DNA of 32,000 bases from Alkanindiges illinoisensis DSM 15370 (GTDB lineage: Bacteria > Pseudomonadota > Gammaproteobacteria > Pseudomonadales > Moraxellaceae). The stretch's first letter is position 1. Each line of letters opens with the position of its first letter. The stretch lies in assembly GCF_000619845.1 (NCBI RefSeq), contig NZ_JHUX01000003.1, positions 1,570,064 to 1,602,063 of the forward strand, in the 5' to 3' direction. A program made the translations under genes and the position numbers. The notes beneath the pieces were generated by a model. That model was given only the letters and a program-made list of their open reading frames with translations, ran no database searches and had not been told where the DNA came from. Positions 13,690-23,754 of the stretch are shown in pieces.

Positions 13690-14862
13690 TTATAGGCTCA
13701 TGCGGGCAGCAAAGTCAGACAGGTAGCTGTCTGTGATGCGCTGACGCAAGGTGAGATCTTCCAGTGGTGGTACTGGGGTGTAGTCGTAATCCAGGCGTAA
13801 AATCCCGTCCTTTAAGGTGGTTGCCTGGTTCACGGAAGGATCAAACCAGCACTGGCCATCAATGATGTAACCAGCACTTTTTAAGTCACGGAACTTGGCA
13901 TTAATGCCTTCCACGATGTCACGCGCCAGTGATGGATGCAGGGGTTTATCCACGGCCCACATATGCCCTTCTGCCATAGTGTCAGCCAGAATTTGCGCAG
14001 TACGGGTATAGTTTTCAAACTGAAATAGCGGATCAGCTGAAGTGGTGCGTGAACCCCAGAAACGGAACCCGTCGCGCTGGATCAGCGTGGTGACTTCATT
14101 GGCGTTAAGATAGCCTGCATCGGTATCAGAGCTTTGCAGCTGCCAGAATACGTCCTTGCTGATGCCAGTAACGCCTGCAACTGCGACGTTGGATAGGGTT
14201 TTATGCCAGCCGATTTCATTATCGATCTTGGCACGCAGGCCTAAAGCACGTGCGGTGGCTTCAAATGTCGTGGTGGTATTGGTGGTGGTATTCCAGCCCA
14301 GGAAGTCTGGCCAGATGACCATCAATTCACGTGCACCGAAAGTATCACGGTATGCAGTGGCTTCTTCCTTGCTTTGGCAGCCCGATGCAGATACATATGC
14401 AAAGGCGCGTAGTTTGTCAGTAATGGACACCAAAGCTTGTGCGACCTCTGCTGAATCCAGTCCTGGTGCACCTAAAATACGTGGTTTGACCTTGAGCTGG
14501 GCTTCAGCCACCAGCAAAGCCTTCATGCCGGTATATTTGCCATTCACTACACCACCGATAACAGCGGTTTTCTGCTCTGCTGGTGTCTGTTTGGTTGGTA
14601 CACGCACTACAACAGTTAAAGCGTTGGTTTGGTCGGCAATAGCCTGCAGTGTGCGAGCCAGTGTGCCTTGCACGCCTGCTTTACTAACAGCGGCCTGAAC
14701 ATCGGTAATTAAGACTGCGGTGTCTTCAGGGAAGATGGTTGCATCGGCATCACTTGCTGTGGCCACAATGCCGATGACGGAAGTGGACACGGTGCGGATA
14801 GGCCGCGTGCCCTCATTGATTTCAATGACGCGAACGCCATGATGGTATGAATCTTGAGCCAT
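13690..14862 (-). CDS. FI: Contractile tail sheath protein FI
   Basis: 390 aa, immediately upstream of the tube gene, with P2 gpFI-like size and position. Confidence 0.9.
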   Translation of the reverse strand: MAQDSYHHGVRVIEINEGTRPIRTVSTSVIGIVATASDADATIFPEDTAVLITDVQAAVSKAGVQGTLARTLQAIADQTNALTVVVRVPTKQTPAEQKTAVIGGVVNGKYTGMKALLVAEAQLKVKPRILGAPGLDSAEVAQALVSITDKLRAFAYVSASGCQSKEEATAYRDTFGARELMVIWPDFLGWNTTTNTTTTFEATARALGLRAKIDNEIGWHKTLSNVAVAGVTGISKDVFWQLQSSDTDAGYLNANEVTTLIQRDGFRFWGSRTTSADPLFQFENYTRTAQILADTMAEGHMWAVDKPLHPSLARDIVEGINAKFRDLKSAGYIIDGQCWFDPSVNQATTLKDGILRLDYDYTPVPPLEDLTLRQRITDSYLSDFAARMSL

Positions 14863-14940
14863 AAAAATTAAGCCTGTGATCTGGTGTTATATTCAGATGA
14901 CAAGCTTACAAATCATGGGTTTGATGGGTAGCGGTGGCAG

Positions 14941-14961
14941 TTGTTTAAAAGTGCAGTACAA
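14941..14961 (-). promoter_or_regulatory. Ogr-type activator dyad of the PF late promoter
   Basis: TTGT-N13-ACAA dyad (TTGTactgcacttttaaACAACTGCCA on the minus strand), centred about 89 nt upstream of the FI ATG. It shares the TTTAAACAACTGCCA half-site with the PV site. Confidence 0.6.
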
Positions 14962-14966
14962 CACAT

Positions 14967-15251
14967 TTAAGTTTTTTGGATCAGCTGCAGTACATCAGGA
15001 TTTTGAGCCAAAAATTCTGCTAGTTTTGCTTCAGCTGAAATGGCTTCTGGAACCCATGGCTTTTGGATCAGCTCCCAAGTGAACCCGTTCCAGCGTGGCC
15101 ACTGATCTTCTGGCCAGCTTTCCGGTGGTGCCAGTTCGACACAACCGGCGGGAATAAGAAAAATACCTGGCTGCAGTGGTGATTCATCAGCCTGGGTTTT
15201 ACCAATAAATAAACCGGAATAATTGGTTTGATATACAGTTTTTTGATTCAT
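14967..15251 (-). CDS. Putative tail fibre assembly/chaperone protein (G position)
   Basis: 94 aa, AGGA RBS, directly downstream of the fibre gene. The pattern Y..TG.FIG...ADESPLQPG.FLIPAG..E..PP is typical of small fibre-assembly proteins. Confidence 0.6.
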   Translation of the reverse strand: MNQKTVYQTNYSGLFIGKTQADESPLQPGIFLIPAGCVELAPPESWPEDQWPRWNGFTWELIQKPWVPEAISAEAKLAEFLAQNPDVLQLIQKT

Positions 15252-15261
15252 TATTTATTCC

Positions 15262-16650
15262 TTAGTAACGAATGCAGGCAAGCCATGCGATATTACGTGG
15301 ACGGTTTTCATTGCCAACTGTGGCAGATGGATTTGGATTGTCATTATCATATTCTGTACCATCACTGGTGTAATAAAGATAATTGTCTGAGTCAAGGCCT
15401 CCATGACTGCCCATATAACCCAGTTTTGCAGAACGACCAAAGGGCCACTGAATATTTGTATATGATTCACCAAATGAATGATGTTTATGTTTCAAGACCT
15501 GTTGAAACTGCTGACTGCCAACAGCACGGCCAAAATCAATACCTCGGCCATCATCGGCATAACGTGGAAATTCGCCACGTGCATCTGGTATGTTAAAAGT
15601 GGTTACACCATCGCCAGCACCAAAATAAGTCCCAATTGCTGAAAAAAGTTCAGGATACGCTGTGCGTGATACAGCAGCGCCATTGCATTTGAGCAAACGG
15701 TAACCGGTAGGAATATTTGATGTCGCAAGCGTTATCACAGTCCCTGGGGGACAGTCACTGTATCTGGCTTCGTCGGCACTCATGACCCCTAAATTTTGGC
15801 GCGCCAATGGTTTATTCGCTACATCGGATAAATTATTTTTTTGGGCCAATGGATAAGGTGCAACACCCAGGGTTTCATTTTGTACCACCAGAATCTTATT
15901 GTCCGGATATGTTTTACCTAAGGTAATCCGCGTGGCTGATGTTGCGATCCAGCCATCTGCACCGGCCTTATTGGTAATGCGTACACCATTGATATAGACC
16001 GCCGCGCCATATGTGCTAACTGTGGTCAAATCAACAATTGTCTGGTCGGCCACTAAAGACTGTTCTTCTTCAGTGGTATTCACAAAAACATCTGCTGTAC
16101 CGGCATTTCCCCATTCAACATCACCTTCAGCATTGGATGCTTTCTTCAACACTTGGCCAGTGGTGCCACCTGGTAAAAAGTATGCGGTGGTTAAGGTATT
16201 CAAGATCCAGCTGTGCGTTGCTGTAATCGTATTTGGATCAATTTTTAATTCGATTGTGTCACTATTGCCCACAACAAAAGGAATACGATACACAGAATCA
16301 GTAAATGCACCATCTGCCATCGTGGGCTTATGGGTTTCTGGCGTATTGCCAATCATCAGCATATTGCCGTTGCGATCAAACACAGCAATTTCACGTACAA
16401 CAAAACTGCTGGTTTCAACTGGGATAATCAGTTCTGCAGTAAATAAATTTTCATTCTCCGGGTCTTGGTAAATACGATTAACCGGTGCACGAAAGCGTTC
16501 ACGGGTTAATTGTTTCATGGCCGGATCTGGTGTAATGGTATTGCCACCACCATCACCCACGGCCATGTGGGTGATTTCTATTTTTAAGCCGGTTGCTTCA
16601 GCCTGAGCTAATAGCTGCAGGCCAAGTGAAGTATGAATGGTTTTATACAT
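15262..16650 (-). CDS. H: Tail fibre protein, P2 gpH-like N-terminus with a C-terminal phage tail-collar domain
   Basis: I prefer ATG 16650 (GGGA RBS) to the track TTG 16662. The N-terminus (THMAVGDGGGN...REIAVFDRNGNMLMIGN.PETHKP) matches the gpH baseplate-attachment domain. C-terminal evidence: P.GY.LLKCNGAAVSRTAYPELFSAIGTYFGAGDGVTTFNIPDARG is a tail-collar motif, and the protein ends NIAWLACIRY. Confidence 0.9.
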   Translation of the reverse strand: MYKTIHTSLGLQLLAQAEATGLKIEITHMAVGDGGGNTITPDPAMKQLTRERFRAPVNRIYQDPENENLFTAELIIPVETSSFVVREIAVFDRNGNMLMIGNTPETHKPTMADGAFTDSVYRIPFVVGNSDTIELKIDPNTITATHSWILNTLTTAYFLPGGTTGQVLKKASNAEGDVEWGNAGTADVFVNTTEEEQSLVADQTIVDLTTVSTYGAAVYINGVRITNKAGADGWIATSATRITLGKTYPDNKILVVQNETLGVAPYPLAQKNNLSDVANKPLARQNLGVMSADEARYSDCPPGTVITLATSNIPTGYRLLKCNGAAVSRTAYPELFSAIGTYFGAGDGVTTFNIPDARGEFPRYADDGRGIDFGRAVGSQQFQQVLKHKHHSFGESYTNIQWPFGRSAKLGYMGSHGGLDSDNYLYYTSDGTEYDNDNPNPSATVGNENRPRNIAWLACIRY

Positions 16651-16662
16651 AGTTTTTCCCAA

Positions 16663-19362
16663 CTATTTAAATAACAGAACAGCAAAGGCTGGCGCGGCTG
16701 AACTGGTTCTAAACACAACACGATTTGTTGCAGTTTTTGACAGCACTTCCACATTGGCCGATTTCTCAAATACTTCAAAGGAACGCCCGGCATAGTCTGC
16801 TGGCAGTGATACGCTGTCGGTTTTAGCCTGGTGCCAGTCCACGATCAGGAAGTCACCCAGTTTATGCCGTACAGCAATTGCTGATGTGCGATCAGTCGTG
16901 CGCTTGGCATATTTGCGGTAGCCCACGCCGCAAAAGTAATCCCCTGCTGCTAAGGATGTCTTTAAACCATCAATTAATGCTGGATAAACTTTTAGGGAGC
17001 TGGCGCGGATTTGCAGGTACTTGTTCGGTGCATTGGTAACCCGGCTGGCTGGCGTGGCATCCAGAATGGGTAAAAATCCAGTAGCAAAAACAACCTGGTC
17101 ATTACGCTGGAGCAAGCGGTTAACAGGCGTTAAACCATCGGCATTTTTGGCGGCATTAAAATTAATATCATTGGCTGGATTTTTAGCAATAATGTCAGTT
17201 GGATAGCTAAAGTCATACGACACACTATCCTGCGTAAATGCTTTAGATTTAGGTACGATGTATTCAACCGTACCATTACCTGCTGCCATCTTGATTGCTT
17301 GCAGCAGCATAAAGTCAGTAAAAGTAGTCACCGCTTTTAATGCCAACAGGTCGCTGGTAATGACACAGCCGCCATCGATGTCAAAACAGTAGTTCATGCT
17401 TAAAGAGATTGACGCATCCGCATCATACTGCATGGCTGCGGCACCACCATGCGTAATCAGCCATTCGACCATGTCATTCTTAGCCATGATGTCATAGCTT
17501 TCATTAAACGTGACATTGTTGCGGTATTCAGTTTCGCCATCAGCAATAACAACAGGCTTGCCGTCGATTGAGCATGTTAATTTACGGTTTTTAAATACCG
17601 GGTGGAATGCACTATCAGCAGCAGCCGTTGGGGTCATATCCGCCGTATTTACTGCGCCTGAAGAATGTTCCAATTTACCGCTAACAAAACCAGTATTATC
17701 AGTACGTGACGTAATACTAAGCTGGCTCGTGCTAATAATCTCAACAATAACCCATTGTTTACCGCCGCTATTCCACACACTGCCCACATCCGCATTGGTT
17801 TTGCCATGCGCCGCTAATGTGATAGTAGTTTTCAGGTAGCCATGATTTGCACCAATAGTCGTACCGAACGCCCTAATCGGCGCAACATCATCATTCATGG
17901 TGCGCTGTGTAACTTTATTGAATTTATCCTGGATAAAGTTAAATACAGTCGATTTGTCATGTGTGGCTGCAATCGTTAGCAAGGCAGACATCTCAACAGG
18001 CAGCCCATCCACCATGCTTTTCACAGTTACCGTTTGGCCAGCAAAGGTCACAGTATTGGCAGCAGTAGCTGCATTGTAAATTTGTGACGCATCAACCAGG
18101 ATTTTTGTGCCGGATGTCGGGTCATAGGCTGTTGCAGTACTCCCAGCTTCAACCTGCACATTTGAATAGGTAGGGACACTGGATGAATACAGGTTGATCC
18201 GCATGTGCGTGGCACCTGCGGGAGCGGTGACAGTCAGCGGACTTGTGGTAGCGCCGTTATAACTGCCTGCAACTGCCGTAGTAGTGGTTGCACTAGCAAA
18301 GAATGCCACCCCGGCACGGCCACGTATGCCGCTGATTGTATATTGCTGGCCAGCGGTCACGGGGATTGCATCGCTAGTACCCCAGCCAGCAGAAACCATG
18401 ATTCCGCCATTGGTACTATTTAAATACTGACCGTCCTTAACCTTGGTTAAGTCAAACAGGTTTTTGAATGTAATGACCTTTTCATAAGGCTTTTTAACCA
18501 GGTCAGGAATCTGGTCTTGTTTCACCAAATTGTTAGGTAAAACATCTTCTTTAATGGCAAGTGTTGGTTCAGTGTAGGGTGTATAAGCTGAAGCGGCCTC
18601 GCCAGCTTCAATCATCACTTGGGACGGTTCTGCAATAGTATCGCTATACAGGGACACCGCCATAAATTTTGCGCCAGTCGGTGCTTGCACAGTGCGGGCA
18701 GTATTAGCAGCAAGGTCACCGCCTGTATAGCTGCCTGCAATAAAGGATGAATCACTGCCGGTATTATCAGTATAAAAAGCCGTGCCGCCACGCTTGGTCG
18801 CATTACACTTAATCGTGTAATACTGGCCCGGCACCACCGAGATAAACTCAGTAATGCCCCATCCATTTACTGCCCGGATAAAACCTGAATTAGTACCAGA
18901 TAGGATATATTTGTTGACCTGTTTAACCGCCGGGTTATACAAATTCTTGGATGTAATCGTGTTGGCCATTTTTGCAACTTCATTTTTAGTATAGGTTTTT
19001 GCATTGCTTTCTTTGATATCTGCATAAGCATTGGCTTGTACTAAAGGATCATAAGCACTTTTAGTTAGGGTGGAGCCATTCCAGATATTTTCCCCCTGGT
19101 TTGCTCCTGCTTCTGCAATAACTACTGTGGAATTAGCGGGTACTGTTGCTTTCTTGGCATTAAAATCAGCAAGGGTATTAAAGGCAAAATGGCCTTGAAT
19201 AATTTCGCTTTTATTGGCTTTTTGTTCATTTAACCATTCTGTACGATCAAGCAGTGCCTTGGCCTGTTCGTTCATGTTCCCGTTTAAGCCACCACGTGCT
19301 AACTCATTGGTTTCAAGTACACGTACTGGGGACCATTGTTTTTCACCCTGCAGATTAGCCAT
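16663..19362 (-). CDS. Large additional tail fibre/receptor-binding protein with two tandem beta-sandwich (carbohydrate-binding-like) modules
   Basis: 899 aa, between I and H, with an 8-nt overlap with I. N-terminus W.PVRVLETNELARGGLNGNMNEQAKALLDRTEWL is fibre-like. Two ~125-aa paralogous segments each end in (I/V)EAG..A(S/T)AY.P. Confidence 0.75.
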   Translation of the reverse strand: MANLQGEKQWSPVRVLETNELARGGLNGNMNEQAKALLDRTEWLNEQKANKSEIIQGHFAFNTLADFNAKKATVPANSTVVIAEAGANQGENIWNGSTLTKSAYDPLVQANAYADIKESNAKTYTKNEVAKMANTITSKNLYNPAVKQVNKYILSGTNSGFIRAVNGWGITEFISVVPGQYYTIKCNATKRGGTAFYTDNTGSDSSFIAGSYTGGDLAANTARTVQAPTGAKFMAVSLYSDTIAEPSQVMIEAGEAASAYTPYTEPTLAIKEDVLPNNLVKQDQIPDLVKKPYEKVITFKNLFDLTKVKDGQYLNSTNGGIMVSAGWGTSDAIPVTAGQQYTISGIRGRAGVAFFASATTTTAVAGSYNGATTSPLTVTAPAGATHMRINLYSSSVPTYSNVQVEAGSTATAYDPTSGTKILVDASQIYNAATAANTVTFAGQTVTVKSMVDGLPVEMSALLTIAATHDKSTVFNFIQDKFNKVTQRTMNDDVAPIRAFGTTIGANHGYLKTTITLAAHGKTNADVGSVWNSGGKQWVIVEIISTSQLSITSRTDNTGFVSGKLEHSSGAVNTADMTPTAAADSAFHPVFKNRKLTCSIDGKPVVIADGETEYRNNVTFNESYDIMAKNDMVEWLITHGGAAAMQYDADASISLSMNYCFDIDGGCVITSDLLALKAVTTFTDFMLLQAIKMAAGNGTVEYIVPKSKAFTQDSVSYDFSYPTDIIAKNPANDINFNAAKNADGLTPVNRLLQRNDQVVFATGFLPILDATPASRVTNAPNKYLQIRASSLKVYPALIDGLKTSLAAGDYFCGVGYRKYAKRTTDRTSAIAVRHKLGDFLIVDWHQAKTDSVSLPADYAGRSFEVFEKSANVEVLSKTATNRVVFRTSSAAPAFAVLLFK

Positions 19363-19960
19363 TTAAATTGACTCCATTTAATTTTTTACTACCATCTAAT
19401 GACCATGAGCCATCCAAATGAAGTCCACCCGCTGCTTTTGAAAACTCAACTTCCTGGCCTGACACCGCAACAGCTGATGTATAAATCCCTGCTTGGCTTT
19501 CAAGGATGAGTGAACTTTTGATTAGATGTGAACGTAAGTTTTTATAAATACGGATTATTTTGAATAGTTCTTTAAGCGCCAAATGGCTAACGCTGTCCTG
19601 GTTGGTCTTAATAAATAGATTAAAGGTATAGGGCTTACCGACCGGAACCATATTGAACCATTCCTGGACAACCACAGGGAACCCTAGGGAATTTAGTGCC
19701 AGCTCCAACGCGCCAAGCGTTCCTTTGATACTGTGGTTATACAAAGCGGTTTTAACCACATTCCGCTTTTGTTCTTCAGTCCAGTTGTTATCCCAAATAT
19801 CGACTGATTTTTCCCAGGCAAGCCAAGGCAGCACTTGAACTGGTGCCTGTTCTGCATCATTGAAAGTTCGGGTTTTAATCTCAACACTAGAAATACGAGA
19901 AAATGTATTCTCATAATTCATTTCAAATTTGGTCGAATTTGGCGGAAGTAACTTATTCAC
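19355..19960 (-). CDS. I: Baseplate/tail protein I
   Basis: LLPPNSTKFE...VLPWLAWEKSVDIWDNNWTEEQKRNVVK....HSIKGTLGALE matches the P2 gpI signature. Confidence 0.9.
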   Translation of the reverse strand: MNKLLPPNSTKFEMNYENTFSRISSVEIKTRTFNDAEQAPVQVLPWLAWEKSVDIWDNNWTEEQKRNVVKTALYNHSIKGTLGALELALNSLGFPVVVQEWFNMVPVGKPYTFNLFIKTNQDSVSHLALKELFKIIRIYKNLRSHLIKSSLILESQAGIYTSAVAVSGQEVEFSKAAGGLHLDGSWSLDGSKKLNGVNLNG

Positions 19961-19963
19961 TGA

Positions 19964-20875
19964 TTACCCCACTGCAACTAAAGTGAAGTCATCGCAAAAT
20001 GCAACCTGGCCAAGTGAGGTATCAATATTGGCAGCAGGCTTAGTCAAATTGACACGTTTCACACCAGGCTGGTGTAAAGCCTGATAGATCCCGGATAAAC
20101 TTACACCATCATTATAGGAATGAACGGCTTCCGCATAATTTTGTATCGCCTGATAGCAGCTGGCCAGAATGATGTCCCTATCAGGCCCATCAGCAATTTC
20201 AATCTGCGCTTCGATTTGGTAGTGCAGAATAGATGCTGAATAAATCATGGGCTTGTCAGTTAATGGCCGGACAGATTTGCTGTTTAACGCTGCATTAACG
20301 ATATTTAAAAGTTCTTCGGACGCTGCCCCATCCCCTTCAGTTGATAGAACATAGATATTACAAATACCCGTTGGGTTGCCATCCTGGTTCAATGGCGCAT
20401 AGGGAAAGATGTCTTTAACCCGCGGATCTGCATTCATTGCATGAAAAATATATGATCCTTCACTACCCGCTGTGGTTTCGCCTTCAGGTGCCAACTGGAC
20501 ACGCCTGCGCAATGATTCATCAGTTTCTGTTATTTCTGGTGTGGTTGATGTGGCAGGACTAATGATGCGGCGCTGCAATCTGCGTTCAGCGGCTTTATGA
20601 TCCAGATCTGAACCGGCAGCGTAAGCCAATAACACAGATAAAGCCTGGTTGTTTGCTTCTGCACGCACCAGCATTTCCCGATATGCAAAAGCTTCAGCCA
20701 GTTTCATTGCCGGATCTGATTCAAGCAGCTGGGAAAATTCTGGATCTACTTCTTCCATACGTGCATAAAAGTCGGCCAGTGCTTCATTCAAGATGGTTTC
20801 AAAATCAATCTGGCGAATGACTTCAGGTGGCGCGATCTGGGATAGGTCAATAGCCGTATAAGTATTACTACTCAC
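19964..20875 (-). CDS. J: Baseplate protein J
   Basis: 303 aa, between W and I with a 4-nt overlap with W, as in P2. Confidence 0.85.
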   Translation of the reverse strand: MSSNTYTAIDLSQIAPPEVIRQIDFETILNEALADFYARMEEVDPEFSQLLESDPAMKLAEAFAYREMLVRAEANNQALSVLLAYAAGSDLDHKAAERRLQRRIISPATSTTPEITETDESLRRRVQLAPEGETTAGSEGSYIFHAMNADPRVKDIFPYAPLNQDGNPTGICNIYVLSTEGDGAASEELLNIVNAALNSKSVRPLTDKPMIYSASILHYQIEAQIEIADGPDRDIILASCYQAIQNYAEAVHSYNDGVSLSGIYQALHQPGVKRVNLTKPAANIDTSLGQVAFCDDFTLVAVG

Positions 20876-21216
20876 GTTAAAGCTCCAATCGATAGAGGTA
20901 TACTTAAATTTAAACTTTGACCGGTATTGATAAGCCTGCCTTCAATATCGATTACTTGTTTTCCTTGATTAAGACTACTGATAAAAATTTTGCTAATTTC
21001 AATGCGCGGTTCCCAGCGCAAAATTGCCAAATAAATTGTGCTGTAGCACTTTAAATACAGGGCTTCACTGGTGGGCTGATCCAGCAAATTGGCCAGCAAT
21101 GTCCCATACTCACGCCGCATTATCCTTGAACCGACCGGGGTTGAAATCAAATCGGTAAGGCACTGATTGATATGCTCAATTTCAGTTAATGAGGTGCCAT
21201 AATCACGTGACATCAT
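20872..21216 (-). CDS. W: Baseplate protein W (GPW/gp25 family)
   Basis: 114 aa. The pattern ...I.Q.L.DLISTP.GSR.MRREYG..L..LLDQP resembles the GPW_gp25 motif. Confidence 0.85.
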   Translation of the reverse strand: MMSRDYGTSLTEIEHINQCLTDLISTPVGSRIMRREYGTLLANLLDQPTSEALYLKCYSTIYLAILRWEPRIEISKIFISSLNQGKQVIDIEGRLINTGQSLNLSIPLSIGALT

Positions 21217-21875
21217 TTTGGGCCACCTGAATTCTCTGTACCGGCTTTAACAAGGTCATGATGATGTCCACCCAGGCTGATTGAACCAGCTGTCACGTCC
21301 CCAGCCGCTGTTACATCCCCAGCTGCAGCCACGGTGCCTTCTGTGCTGATATTGCCTGTTGATGCCATGCTGCCTGCAGCTGAGATATTCTGATCGGTTG
21401 ATATGGATTTGGCCGAATGCGTAGTACCAGAAATATTTACATCGCCATTAATGGTGGTATCTGCATTAATGGTTAATCCGCCTGGTGCAGTAATGGTGGC
21501 TGTACCGCCTACAGGTAAAATTGCCTGCAGGTCATGTGTCTGAATGTCATAGGAAATCAGGCAGCCATCTTCAAATAGCCGGATTTTCTTATTAAGGTCG
21601 TCGGATGGTGCCGGATACAGCAGGTTATTTAAGCCACTGATAGCTACGCCTAGTGCCAGCTCGCCACCTGGTGACAGGACAATAACTTCCTCGTCAATAC
21701 TGGGTGGATCCCAGGTGCGATCCTTGCCGGCACGTAAATTCAAGTAACGGATATTCGCAGTCGTAATATCGCCTAGATTGACGGTGACTGTCGTAAAGGG
21801 TTGGCCCGGTTGAATGCTCTTGATTTTGCCTAGTCGGATCAGGTTTTCAAGGCGACGGTTGGTATCTGCGCTCAT
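21213..21875 (-). CDS. V: Baseplate assembly/spike protein V
   Basis: 220 aa, first gene after the PV-type site. The N-terminal OB-like segment (LIRLGKI..I....TVTV.LGD) and Gly/Thr-rich beta-helix tail are typical of gpV. Confidence 0.85.
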   Translation of the reverse strand: MSADTNRRLENLIRLGKIKSIQPGQPFTTVTVNLGDITTANIRYLNLRAGKDRTWDPPSIDEEVIVLSPGGELALGVAISGLNNLLYPAPSDDLNKKIRLFEDGCLISYDIQTHDLQAILPVGGTATITAPGGLTINADTTINGDVNISGTTHSAKSISTDQNISAAGSMASTGNISTEGTVAAAGDVTAAGDVTAGSISLGGHHHDLVKAGTENSGGPK

Positions 21876-21920
21876 GCTGCAATCGTGTTGCAGTTGTTTA
21901 TGCTTTGCATGTGCTGGCAG

Positions 21921-21941
21921 TTGTTTAAATGAGGGTTACAA
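21921..21941 (-). promoter_or_regulatory. Ogr-type activator dyad of the PV late promoter
   Basis: The minus strand reads TTGTaaccctcatttaaACAACTGCCA. A further half-site TAAACAACTGCAA lies at 21891-21903. The region sits between S and V, as PV does in P2. Confidence 0.55.
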
Positions 21942-21946
21942 CTGAT

Positions 21947-22399
21947 TTATAGACGGGCTGAGAGGTAAGCCAGGCAGTCGTTTTCAATCATGGCAATTTC
22001 TTGTGGCGTAAAGCCAAGTAGTTCACGGGCAGCATATTTAACCTGTGGCCCATCTTTTTCCACCCGATCCCGTAAACCATACTGGTGCACCGTGGCAATG
22101 CGTGACACACGGCCAACAAACCCAATGGCTATACCCTGCTCGGTATGCTGCAGGCGCATGTACTTGGCATTTTTAATAAGATTAAACATTTTATTTTTGA
22201 TTTTATCGCGCTTGTTACGCAGGCGAAATTTACGCGGAATATAGGCTGAACCATCTGGATTTTTTTGGGTAGTAATACGGGTTTTCTGGCTAGCACGAAT
22301 TTTACGGCCAATGGCCATTGATAATTTACGGCGCTCGGCATTACTAAGCTGGTTTAGTGTAGTGCCCAGGTGGTCAACCAGCGCGTCTAGATCTGCCAT
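21947..22399 (-). CDS. S: Tail completion/virion morphogenesis protein S
   Basis: 150 aa, following R and preceding the PV region, as in P2. Confidence 0.8.
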   Translation of the reverse strand: MADLDALVDHLGTTLNQLSNAERRKLSMAIGRKIRASQKTRITTQKNPDGSAYIPRKFRLRNKRDKIKNKMFNLIKNAKYMRLQHTEQGIAIGFVGRVSRIATVHQYGLRDRVEKDGPQVKYAARELLGFTPQEIAMIENDCLAYLSARL

Positions 22400-22408
22400 G
22401 TCCTGCCC

Positions 22409-22909
22409 TTAAAAATATTGTTGACCTGGTTCAGCAGATAGCCATTCGGCCATGACATTACCCTGCTTATCCAGTAATCGATAGGGCTGCGCCGCTTCAG
22501 CACGGCTGTATTGTGGTTCGTCAGGGAATTTAATATCCAGGGTGCCATCATCTAGCCGCTTGACAATAACACGCTCAGTTAAAGGAATAGATAGTTCCAA
22601 ATCAACTGCATCATTATTTTGCAGCACCGCTTCAAACTTGAAGGAATCCTTGTTTTTATCCAGATTGACCATTAGTTCTGGCTGGTTAGTACGAATCCAG
22701 TCAAACAGCGGAATCATTACTGCGTCCAGCTCTCCTGCGTAATCAGTCAGCAGTAAATTGAGCTTGTATTCATACTCAAATGACATGCCACTGCTCATGG
22801 TGCACCGGATTTTGCCTTCATCTACAAAAATCAGCATGCGATCTGGGTCGCGGTTAAGCTCCCGGATTGCACTCAGCAGATGGTCACGCAGGCTGTTTGG
22901 TTTTTTCAT
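22409..22909 (-). CDS. R: Tail completion protein R
   Basis: MKKPNSLRDHLLSAIRELNRDPDRMLIFVDEGKI parallels the P2 gpR N-terminus (LKPDSLR...NPD...IFVDNG.I). Confidence 0.85.
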   Translation of the reverse strand: MKKPNSLRDHLLSAIRELNRDPDRMLIFVDEGKIRCTMSSGMSFEYEYKLNLLLTDYAGELDAVMIPLFDWIRTNQPELMVNLDKNKDSFKFEAVLQNNDAVDLELSIPLTERVIVKRLDDGTLDIKFPDEPQYSRAEAAQPYRLLDKQGNVMAEWLSAEPGQQYF

Positions 22910-23754
22910 GCGGCATAGCCCAGGCTTTCAAGATGATATAGCTCATCCTGGAATTTGGTTTGATAACCCAGTTTTTTATAAGCAGCACCGTTATACAGGC
23001 TAAATACCGCATTCCAGTCCTGCTGGCGTAAAGCATCAATGAGTTTGCAAGGTTTTCCGTCCACCTGCCCTTCCTTGGTTTCAATAAAACGGACAAAGGC
23101 TTCCAGCTGCAGTGATTCACTGGTTTGCATTTGTTCCACAAAATCAAAAACTGATTGGTAGCCTAGATCCTTCCAGTTTTCGCCCATGATCTGGAAGGAG
23201 CCCCAGCTGCAGGACATAAGTGCGGATTCAGGGTGAATATTCATGGCCAGATTTAACCGGACATATTCAGCTTCCTTGCCTTTATAGCCCCCGGTTGTAA
23301 TATTGACTAGGTTGGGACAAAGGCGCATTTGCTCAACTGCAAAAGCCTTGCCCTTGGCTTTACTGATATGGGCGTACATTTTATGGCGTTCAAACAGGAT
23401 TTTAGCTTTGCCATTATCCAGAAAACCCCTACCCAGTGATTCAGTAGCACCAAAAGCACGAATGACCAGCTCAGGTACTTTCAAGCGTTTGGCAGCCTGG
23501 CTGTAATCAGCATCACGTAAAAACTTGGATATTGGTTTATCGGCCAGTGCCGCCAGGGTTTTATCACCGGCCTTGCCATCATCCACCAGGCCAACTGATT
23601 TTTGGAACTGGCGCACCGCATATTCAGTGTTTAAACCATAATCACCATCAGCAATGACCTGTTTACCGTTTTTGCCATTAAAGCCACGGTTAAGCAGCTG
23701 CTTTTGTAAGGCAATGACAGCATCACCCTTTGCACCAAATTTTAATAAATTCAT
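22906..23754 (-). CDS. Endolysin: N-terminal peptidoglycan-binding domain plus a DUF3380-type N-acetylmuramidase domain
   Basis: I prefer ATG 23754 (ATGA overlap with the upstream holin-like gene) to track start 23838. PG_binding_1 pattern: KGDAVIALQKQLL.RGF...DGDYGLNTEYAVRQFQKSVGL.DDGKAGDKTLAAL. Muramidase pattern: FGATESLGRGF...ILFERHKMY...SWGSFQIMGENW. Confidence 0.85.
   Translation of the reverse strand: MNLLKFGAKGDAVIALQKQLLNRGFNGKNGKQVIADGDYGLNTEYAVRQFQKSVGLVDDGKAGDKTLAALADKPISKFLRDADYSQAAKRLKVPELVIRAFGATESLGRGFLDNGKAKILFERHKMYAHISKAKGKAFAVEQMRLCPNLVNITTGGYKGKEAEYVRLNLAMNIHPESALMSCSWGSFQIMGENWKDLGYQSVFDFVEQMQTSESLQLEAFVRFIETKEGQVDGKPCKLIDALRQQDWNAVFSLYNGAAYKKLGYQTKFQDELYHLESLGYAA

Noticed and set aside
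14156-14698. Long antisense ORFs inside structural genes (e.g. 14156..14698, 16013..16471, 17510..17839, 10751..11017, 27181..27662, 25074..25376 and 27999..28397)
   Set aside because: These are shadow ORFs opposite well-supported phage genes. Their products are Ala/Ser/Arg/Pro-rich and they lack RBSs. Such ORFs are typical in moderately GC-rich coding sequence.
14863-14966. Z/fun-type cargo hotspot between the fibre-assembly gene and FI
   Set aside because: The interval is only ~100 bp and is fully accounted for by the PF-type promoter dyad. No cargo is present here.
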